From a virus: a stretch of 39,748 nucleotides of DNA. Each line of letters opens with the position of its first letter. The stretch's first letter is position 1. The position numbers and the translations under genes were made by a program. The notes beneath the pieces were generated by a model. That model was not told the DNA's origin. It searched no databases and saw only the letters and a program-made list of their open reading frames with translations. The stretch lies in the IMG/VR virus record IMGVR_UViG_2881214049_000001. One strand, written 5' to 3'. This document shows, piece by piece, positions 28,914 to 37,300 of the stretch.

Positions 28914-31100
28914 TTAAGCAGTTACAACCTCAATTTCATCATCGACCGATAAATCGATATTTAGCGTAATACTCTGCGTCCCGTTGATGGTGTACTCACT
29001 TTTACGCAAGAGTTTCCGATTCAAGTAGACGGTAAGGAATTTGGGTTTGAGCGTGAGTGGCTCACCATTAACCTTAAAAATGTATTCCTTAATAGATGCA
29101 GACATCACGTACTCAACATCTGAGTGCTGCATATTCATTTCCGAAGCAATGGTGACAATTGGTTGAAACCCCTCGGCCGTTTTCCGTTCAACAACAGTGG
29201 CATCACCCGCAGTGTTAAACCAAATGTCGTTAATGCCAGCATCTGTATTTGGTGGTGGCTCATCACCGCCGAAAACCAACGTTTTATGCATGGTTTCACC
29301 AGTAGCAGTTTTACCTGAACGTAAGTTTGCTACTTCCACATGGGTAAAGTCATCTGATGGGTGTGGCCCCACACCTGATAAGTCGGGTAAATCAGCAATG
29401 TCAGCCATTTTCACACTTTGCAGCGCACTATTGATTTTATCGATCAGTTCATCAGTCAAATCATGGGTTGAAAGGCCTTTTCCCGGTACATTATCAACTT
29501 TGCTTTGTACTGACTGAGTTTGTGCTACCGCTTGAGCGAAGTCAGAAATTGTCTGTGCCGTCTGTGTACCTGTATGATTTGCTCTATCTCGATCCGCTTC
29601 GTGGTAGTGTAGGTGAGTACTTTCACCTGTCGTGAGTTGCTGGTGTTGTTGCTCGGTGAGCAAGCGTAGGTCATCTGTGCGAACAATGGCACGCATATCG
29701 CCATCGACACCAAGTGTCCACGCATTGAGAGTTTCATCCCATAAAATGGCTGCATTGGCCGAGTTACCACGCGTAATTTTTAGGCCTGCGTCCAAGGTTG
29801 GTTCATCAGTGGTGCCAGCTAATAGTGTAATAAATTGCTCACCAGAGGTAACATTGGTCGAGCTAGTTTCGGTGCGTGTACCTGCTACGTCTAGGTTTTC
29901 TGACACAACCAAGTTTTTAACAGTTAACTTGCCTTCTGAGTTTAAGTTAAAGAACTTACTGATCACAGTGAGCAGCTGTTCAGCGCCACAATTAATATTA
30001 ACGTTGTCATCACCATTGCCAATACTTGCATGCTCCGAGAAGCTCACTGGTGCATTGAAAGTGGTAGTGGCGTTGATTTCAGCGCTGTTTGCAGCGCCAC
30101 TACCCAAAACGGTATTAGCACTGACATTGAGGTTTTCCAGCGCGCCGTGTACAATATCAATACGTGCGCCAGTAAAGGCCTGGCCATTGATTTCCAGAGG
30201 CGCACCGGTTTCATCTATTAACTTTAATTGACCAGTTGCTTCGTCGTAGCGTAATAGATACTGCGTCTTATTAGAGCCTGTCAGTATGATTTGTGCTGGG
30301 GCAACACCTGCGCTGGTTGTCCGCGCTTGAATATCTACTTGGTTAGCAAGTAACTTTCCTTGTTGTGTGTCTGGATCTTCACTTTGAGAGCGTGTGTCGA
30401 CTGAATTTGCTGATATAGTCGCGGCGTGTACTTGGGCAAATGGGTGATCAGCTCGACCTAAAGTTTCTTGATCGGTATTAGGTAATAAGTCTTTGATGAC
30501 CTTGGTGTGATCGAAATCGGCGGTAAACATGCCATTAAATGAATCGATGTGCTGCGCGTGATCGGTTAGCGTTGTCCCTACATCGGTTCCGTCAACCATC
30601 AACCCATTGCTATCCGCTGTTACTTTGCCCTGTGCAACAGAAATAATTTGGTTAACGGTTAGCATTTCGATAATGCCATCTTCAGTTGCCAGTCTAGGGA
30701 TGGCCAAGTCGCTATGGATAAATACCACTACTTTACCTGACACCGCATGACTGAAATTTAATTTAAACTTGTTTTTATCTATAGGGGTTGGATTGGCATG
30801 TAATATATTGCCGTTGTCGTCATACACCATAAACACATACTCATCGGTGTTATAGTTATGCGACACTGTCCATTCGAAAGCGGGAGTTGATTGAAAATGG
30901 ACATGGGAACTTTTTTTATTGGTTAATGGAAACCAAGTTTGCGTTACGCCGATCTTGGAATATATGTATAAGATCCCTTCAACGAGTGCAAATTGCCCAG
31001 GAAAAGGGTTCAGTGGAAAAGAATCAATTTGATCAAAACTAAGCGCTGAACGACCGAACATTCTCATATTCGTCATCACGCGCAATTCAGAAGTAGACAT
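28914..31100 (-). CDS. Phage tail-fibre-like protein (728 aa)
   Basis: DAGLKITRG..NAAILWDE, HLHYH, RANHTGTQ...ISDF and KVDNVPGKGLSTHD are recurrent tail-fibre motifs; N-terminal WTVSHNYN domain. Confidence 0.75.
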   Translation of the reverse strand: MSTSELRVMTNMRMFGRSALSFDQIDSFPLNPFPGQFALVEGILYIYSKIGVTQTWFPLTNKKSSHVHFQSTPAFEWTVSHNYNTDEYVFMVYDDNGNILHANPTPIDKNKFKLNFSHAVSGKVVVFIHSDLAIPRLATEDGIIEMLTVNQIISVAQGKVTADSNGLMVDGTDVGTTLTDHAQHIDSFNGMFTADFDHTKVIKDLLPNTDQETLGRADHPFAQVHAATISANSVDTRSQSEDPDTQQGKLLANQVDIQARTTSAGVAPAQIILTGSNKTQYLLRYDEATGQLKLIDETGAPLEINGQAFTGARIDIVHGALENLNVSANTVLGSGAANSAEINATTTFNAPVSFSEHASIGNGDDNVNINCGAEQLLTVISKFFNLNSEGKLTVKNLVVSENLDVAGTRTETSSTNVTSGEQFITLLAGTTDEPTLDAGLKITRGNSANAAILWDETLNAWTLGVDGDMRAIVRTDDLRLLTEQQHQQLTTGESTHLHYHEADRDRANHTGTQTAQTISDFAQAVAQTQSVQSKVDNVPGKGLSTHDLTDELIDKINSALQSVKMADIADLPDLSGVGPHPSDDFTHVEVANLRSGKTATGETMHKTLVFGGDEPPPNTDAGINDIWFNTAGDATVVERKTAEGFQPIVTIASEMNMQHSDVEYVMSASIKEYIFKVNGEPLTLKPKFLTVYLNRKLLRKSEYTINGTQSITLNIDLSVDDEIEVVTA

Positions 31101-31108
31101 ATCGTCTC

Positions 31109-31495
31109 CTATTTTTTAATTGGGTACTCTGGTTTGGCTGTATCGTAAGATGGACACGATTGCTCTGCGCCTGTTCGGAGGGGGTTTTCTGTTTCCCTAT
31201 CTATGTCAATGCCACTAAAGCGGCACTTACCATCAAAATTTGTGGCAACTTGCTGCAACAAGCTCAATAACTCGTATTGCTCTTGAACAAAAACCACCAT
31301 GTCTTCAGCAGACATCTCATCTGTACTGTCGATGAATTGTTTGCTTTTGGTGTGCTCAAGCTTGTGTGCTAGGTGTGTTGGTACATTGACGGGCACCTTG
31401 CCATTATTTGATTTGAGTAAGAAGCGTTCAATCTGTCTTTGTAGCTGATTTATCCAGCCTGCACTTTGTACCGTTTTGACATCTTTCACCGCCAT
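31109..31495 (-). CDS. Possible degenerate DksA/TraR-like protein
   Basis: Helical region with DSTD (DxxD), then FDGKCRFSGIDI...AEQSCPSY resembling a degenerate DksA zinc finger. Confidence 0.4.
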   Translation of the reverse strand: MAVKDVKTVQSAGWINQLQRQIERFLLKSNNGKVPVNVPTHLAHKLEHTKSKQFIDSTDEMSAEDMVVFVQEQYELLSLLQQVATNFDGKCRFSGIDIDRETENPLRTGAEQSCPSYDTAKPEYPIKK

Positions 31496-31797
31496 TATTT
31501 GCGCCTCAACACCGTTTTATTGATTTGGATAGCATTCAGTAAAAGCACGCTCTGTTGTTGCTTTTGCTGTAACTTGCGGTAATCCAAATGTCCTTCGTCA
31601 AGGATCAAGCGTTCAATACGCTCATAAAATCGGCGTAAGAACGTAATGGCTTGCGTTAGCTCTTTGATTGGCACGCCTTGCTCACTGAGCATGGCAGCCT
31701 TTAGCTCCGATAGTGCATCGTGCAATACATACAAAGCATCTTCGCGCGTTTTTAGAGCAACAACATTGACACGGTAAAAACTAAACAAGGTTGACAT
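31495..31797 (-). CDS. Hypothetical helical protein (100 aa)
   Basis: AAGGAGG RBS before ATG 31797; stop overlaps the next start (TAATG). Confidence 0.7.
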   Translation of the reverse strand: MSTLFSFYRVNVVALKTREDALYVLHDALSELKAAMLSEQGVPIKELTQAITFLRRFYERIERLILDEGHLDYRKLQQKQQQSVLLLNAIQINKTVLRRK

Positions 31798-31814
31798 ATT
31801 TGCCTCCTTCTTCA

Positions 31815-31863
31815 TATGTTGTACAACATAAATGAGCCGACAACTACGTCGGCCCATTTATGT
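31815..31863. promoter_or_regulatory. 16-bp palindrome TATGTTGTACAACATA overlapping a long hairpin (possible terminator/attenuator)
   Basis: Palindrome at 31815-31830; hairpin ACATAAATGAGCCGAC-6nt-GTCGGCCCATTTATGT at 31826-31863 (one mismatch). Confidence 0.55.
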
Positions 31864-31890
31864 GTGTTAATACAAGGTAGGCCGAAAAAC

Positions 31891-34287
31891 TTAAGCTGTT
31901 GGGTCTGCAAGTTTACGAACTGCTTGGACAGAGACTTTTACTCTTGCCGCTTCAGTTAGGTAAATCATCACAACATTGTCTGATTCTTGCTTGACCATGG
32001 TAATGTCGTTATAGAAGCGGGCATCTTCGCCTTCACCGCGCTCCACCCATACCATCACGTCGACATATTCAGAGTTTAGATTGTGTTCGATTTTGTGCTG
32101 CATCAGTTTGTTCTGTGACAGCTCGAAGTAAACATTATCATTAACTTGGTTTACGACATTGGTGATATTAGAGCGTACGCCACCCAGTTCAGATGCCATT
32201 TCTACATCTAACTTGGTGATAGCGCCAAATAGCGACGTTGTATCCTTGATATAAGTGTAGCTATCAACACTTTGCATGCTACCGTCTGCTGATAGTCCTG
32301 CCCCTTGTTTGATAGCGTTGTCAGCGTTCTCACGGGCAATCTTTTCAGCGACTAACTCGCTAGAGACTGCCTTTAATGCGCTATCTAAGAGTAAGCTTGC
32401 ATTGTGTACACTCGTCGCGGTGTTTAAGTAGTTGCTGTCGGTTGCTTGCTTATAGCTTCCATCCAGCTCTAGACCCGTGCCTACTTGTGTTTTATCAAGC
32501 TCTAACTGTAGCGCTTGTCTTGCATTGTTATGTGCTTCTGATTCGCTGGATAGACGTTCATCAACGGCTTTAATTGCATCATCTAACGCTTTATCAGCTG
32601 TTTTTAAGCTAGTGACCGCTGTTAAGTAATTCGTTTCTGAATCAGCAATATAGCGACCGTCTGCCTCAAGGCCTGCAGCAATTTGGGTGGCGTTGAGTTC
32701 ATTGGCAATGGCATTCACACTGTCTTGGAATGTGGCTGAAACCTTCAGGCCTGCATTACTTTTTTCTAGTGTATCGCCATCTATCTTAATCTGTAGCTTA
32801 GCCGCTGACGCATCTGACTCGGTGCTGCCATCTTCAGTTGTAAATAAGCCATCGCCAAAGTCGATACCAATCTCATCAGTTGGAGATTCCTTAACACCAG
32901 CCCCAAAATTCAAAAATAGGGTATTGCCATCTTTTTGAATACCTGCACCTGCTGTTAGCTGGCCTGCGCCCGAGAATTGTACGAAAGTCAGCTCGGTGGT
33001 TTCTAGACTAATTGGGTTGGGAGTGCCAAGTACAAAACCAGCATTGGCATAGGTTGCACCTTCTTCAATGAAGGTGTGCATGCCATTAGTTACTTCGCCA
33101 TCTGGCGTACCATCTGCGTCTATCGCGCGCTCAAATTCAGCTTTTGCTTCGGTCGTTTGGTCAGAAACCTCAGAGATAGTGACGACATAAATACCGTTAT
33201 AAATCGCGCTTGGTGAGTCGGTACCATTTTGGCTTGCTGAGTTTTTGATAAGTACGCGGTCGCCACTGACGAGTGTTACACCATCAATTTGATAACTGTT
33301 ATCGCCATTATCTTGAATATCACCACCGAGGTTGGCAATGGGGGCGGTTGTTGCGACCCGTACGGACTCTCGGACATCTAAGCCGGCACGCATACCATCG
33401 ATGTATTTTAAATTAACTAGGTGATTGGGTTGCGTAGGTACGTGCGCGCTACTGATTGGGTTGGTACCCATATCGAGTGCGCCAGTCATTACACCGCCCG
33501 CAATATTTAGTTTTAAGTCATCGGCTTGCTCAGCGGCAACTTTATTGCTTTGTACCGTGTCTGTTAGCGACTTTATTGCATCATCTAACAACTCGTCAGC
33601 AGCGGCGAGAGAAGGCACTTTAGATGCGTTAGTAAAATCTTCTGATTTTAGATAATTTGCCCCAGTTGAAGGCGTATAATCGCCAGACTCACTTAACCCT
33701 GCTGCTGCTTGGGTTTTGTCTAACTCAGCTTGAATAGCCTCTGAGCTGACTTTACTGGCTGCTTTGTTGATGTCGATTTGATCAACCATCGCATCTAGGG
33801 CTGCCTTCAACGTGGTCGGTGCAATACTAAATTCACCTAAACCACCTGCTTTACCTTCGTAGCCAATTTTATTGGTACCAAGGCCTGCATTTTGCGCACC
33901 TAAATCAGCTAATGCTTGTTTGTCTGCATCAACAGCATCAATGATGGCGCCGATGATATTGTCTAGCGTGCTTGCTTGCGCTGAAAACTTCGCATTGATG
34001 CCTTGCTTGCCTTCGTAACCGACTTTAGAAGCACCTGAATTGCCTGCTTCTTGAGATGCAAGCGCTGCTAAAAAGTCAGTAAACTCTTGGGTTGTTTGAA
34101 AAGCTATCGTTGTCAGCGCACCGCCTTCGTCAGTGATCGATGCCTTAAATTGCTTTTCAGCAGAGTTATACCACACGCGGCCTTCAGAAGCGCCTTGCGG
34201 ATCTGAAGCCAAGGATTCAATAACAAGGTTTTCAAATGTTGCGCTATTTGCTAGCGTGATACCGTGAAAAATAGGGTAGTTAGCCAT
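31891..34287 (-). CDS. Phage tail-fibre/fibritin-like protein (798 aa)
   Basis: GLDVRESVRVATT, IDGVTL..GDRVLIKN, NGIYVV, RAIDAD and TFVQFSGAG form a common tail-fibre domain; repeats ELD.TQ..GL..G.Y..NYL; C-terminal HNLNS domain. Confidence 0.8.
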   Translation of the reverse strand: MANYPIFHGITLANSATFENLVIESLASDPQGASEGRVWYNSAEKQFKASITDEGGALTTIAFQTTQEFTDFLAALASQEAGNSGASKVGYEGKQGINAKFSAQASTLDNIIGAIIDAVDADKQALADLGAQNAGLGTNKIGYEGKAGGLGEFSIAPTTLKAALDAMVDQIDINKAASKVSSEAIQAELDKTQAAAGLSESGDYTPSTGANYLKSEDFTNASKVPSLAAADELLDDAIKSLTDTVQSNKVAAEQADDLKLNIAGGVMTGALDMGTNPISSAHVPTQPNHLVNLKYIDGMRAGLDVRESVRVATTAPIANLGGDIQDNGDNSYQIDGVTLVSGDRVLIKNSASQNGTDSPSAIYNGIYVVTISEVSDQTTEAKAEFERAIDADGTPDGEVTNGMHTFIEEGATYANAGFVLGTPNPISLETTELTFVQFSGAGQLTAGAGIQKDGNTLFLNFGAGVKESPTDEIGIDFGDGLFTTEDGSTESDASAAKLQIKIDGDTLEKSNAGLKVSATFQDSVNAIANELNATQIAAGLEADGRYIADSETNYLTAVTSLKTADKALDDAIKAVDERLSSESEAHNNARQALQLELDKTQVGTGLELDGSYKQATDSNYLNTATSVHNASLLLDSALKAVSSELVAEKIARENADNAIKQGAGLSADGSMQSVDSYTYIKDTTSLFGAITKLDVEMASELGGVRSNITNVVNQVNDNVYFELSQNKLMQHKIEHNLNSEYVDVMVWVERGEGEDARFYNDITMVKQESDNVVMIYLTEAARVKVSVQAVRKLADPTA

Positions 34288-34312
34288 ACTTTGACTGTCC
34301 TCTTACGTCGAA

Positions 34313-37300
34313 TTATGAATAAAACACAACGTCAATGAAGCCGGTTAGGGCTTCGGTGAGACTCACCACAAAACTCATGTCGTCAATGATTTCGTGATGT
34401 GCGAACATGCGCACACCTTGACTGTTAAAAATTTCAATCGAGAAATCTTTGGTATTTCTCTCATGTTGTACAATCCACTGCGTTGATTGCTGAGAAAATT
34501 CAAATCTCAGTCTTTTTGGCAGTGATACTCGAGTCAGTATTTGTGCCATGCGGTCTTCGACCAGCTGTGGCACGGTTTCAGTTAATTTTAACGTGACCAG
34601 GTTTGGTATAAAGGTCGACTTTAATGTTTCAACCTCTGTATCTACAACGGTACGAACGGTGCTGTCTACCAAGTCAGGAACTGCTTCTTGGAGCGCAGCT
34701 TGTACTTCATTCAATGCGTATTCAGGTACTATGCGCTCGATAAAGGGTGACACCGTTGTGTCGACATACTCTTGTACAATACCTTGCGCAAGCGCGGTTA
34801 CATTGTCTTGAAAGTATGCGGCAATACTGCCTTCATCTTTTAGACCCTCATTGATCTTGAACTCAACTAAACTCGGTAGTTCTGAGGTTATCGCGCCAAA
34901 CGCCTTATCAACCTCACCGCTCACAAATAGTGGAAGTTGATTAGATATCTCTAATTGTACAACAGTAGAGAGAATATCGGGTAGTTGTTTGTCTACTTCC
35001 TGCGCTATTTTTGGAACGACGGATCCGTTGATGTGTGTATCGATCTGTGCCGCAGTCTTTGATGCGATAATGGGCCACAATGTATCTTCATTTAGCTGAG
35101 CATCAATCATATCCGGAACAGTGATCGCGTCGACAGTCGCGGCTATTTCTTGGATCTGTTCTTGAGTCCAATGGTTACCCAAGTTAATACTATCGATGGC
35201 TTGGCTCAGCTCCGTGCGATACGTCTCAGTGATTGACTGGGCTAGGTTTGATAGCGCGTCTGCAACGGTCTGTTCGCCAAAAGTGCCGAGCTTTTCGTTA
35301 AGCTTGTCCTCTACAATGCCTGGAACTATAACATTGTCGACGGCTGCTGCAATCTCCTCTATTTGAGCTTGGTTCCATATTCCTTGACCAATATTCTCAA
35401 TTGCTTGGGCTATTTCAGCCCGATAGGCCTCAGTTACGGTTGCTTGTAACGCGCTGAGATCATCGACAAGTGCTGCTTGGGCAAGTGGCGCAAGTTTTTC
35501 CTCAAGTTGTGTGTCGACAATGCCTGGCACGACTATGTGGTCTATTGCCGCTGCAATGTCTTCAATCTGTGCTTGAGTCCACTGATTGCCTTGGCCCATA
35601 TTTTCGATGGCTTGCGCGATTTCAGCTCTGTAAGCGTCGGTGATGGAAGTTTGCAGGGCGTTCAGATTGTTTTCAACAGCAGCCTGAGCCAGTGGAGCAA
35701 CTCTCGCGGGCAGCTGTGCATCAAGCATGTCTGGCACGGTGACACTGTCGACTGCTGCGGCAATTTCTTCAATTTGAGCCTGGCTCCATGCACCCTGAGC
35801 AATCTGCTCAATAGCTTCGTTTATCTCGGTGCGGTACGCCTGCGTGATAGACTGACTAATAGCAGATAATGTATCGGCAACCGTTTGTTCTCCCAGATCA
35901 CCTAACCTTTCGGCAAGTATAGTCGCCACAATGTCTGGGACGGTGATGTTGTCAACAGCAGCGGCGATTTCCTCGATTTGAGCCTGGTTCCAGATCCCCT
36001 GTCCCATGCTCTCAATTGCCTGAGCGATATCAGCTTTGTAGGCTTCGGTGACGGCTGCCTGCAAGGCATTGAGGTCGTCGACAAGCGCTGCTTGAGCTAG
36101 AGGCGCTACTTTTAAAGCGAGCTGTGTGTCGACAATATCCGGTACCGTGACGGTGTCGACGTTGGCGGCAATGGACTCAATCTGTGCTTGAGTCCATTGG
36201 TTGCCTTGAGCAATGCTATCAATCGCTTGTGTGATTTCTGCTTGGTAAGCCGCGGTGACAGATGCCACTAATGCGCTCAAATCATCAGCAAGGGCGGCTT
36301 TGGCTAAGGGTGCAACTTTTGCGCTTAACTGTGTGTCAATGATCTGGGGAACGTTAATAGAATCGACATTGGCGGCAATGTTTTCTATCTGTGTCTGCGT
36401 CCAACTGTTGCCTAAGTCAATGCTCTCAATTGCCTGATTTATCTCAGTTCGGTAGCTGGTTGTGAGCGACTGAGCCATTGTCGAGAGTGCATCTGCAACG
36501 GTTTGTTCACCCAACGTACCGAGCTTGGCATTGAGGTGATTATCCACAATCTCTGGTACGGTGATAGTATCGACATTAGCGGCGATGTCTTCAATCTGCC
36601 CTTGCGTCCAATTGTTAATTTGATCAATGCCTTCAATGGCTTGATTTATCTCCGCGCGGTAGGTTTGGGTGATGGACTGCGCCATAGCAAAAAGCGCATC
36701 AGCAACAGTTTGATCCCCAAGTTCGCCAAGTTTTGCATTTAATTGATTATCAACAATGCTTGGCACGGTGATAGCATCAACTGCGGCGGCAATGCTTTCG
36801 ATTTGTTCTTGGTTCCAGCTATTGCCTTGACTGATACTGTCAAGCGCCTGTGTAATGGCCGTATTGTATGCTTCGGTCACCGCGCTCTCCAGCGCGAGTA
36901 AATCATCGGCAAGGGCGACTTTGGCCAGAGGAGCGACCTTCAAACTCAGCTGAGCATCTACAATATCTGGTACCGTGACCGTGTCGACGTTGGCGGCAAT
37001 GTCCTCAATCTGTGCCTGCGTCCACTGATTGCCTTGTTCTATGCTATCAATCGCTTGTGTGATTTCTGCTTGGTAAGCCGCAGTGACGGACGCCACCAAT
37101 GCGTTCAAGTCATCAGCCAGCGCAGCTTTGGCCAAGGGGGCAACTTTTGCGCTTAACTGAGTGTCAATGAGCTGGGGAACGGTGATAGAATCGACGTTGG
37201 CGGCAATGTCCTCAATCTGTGCCTGCGTCCACTGGTTGCCTTGTTCTATGCTATCAATCGCTTGTATGATTTCTGCTTGGTAAGCCGCAGTGACGGACGC

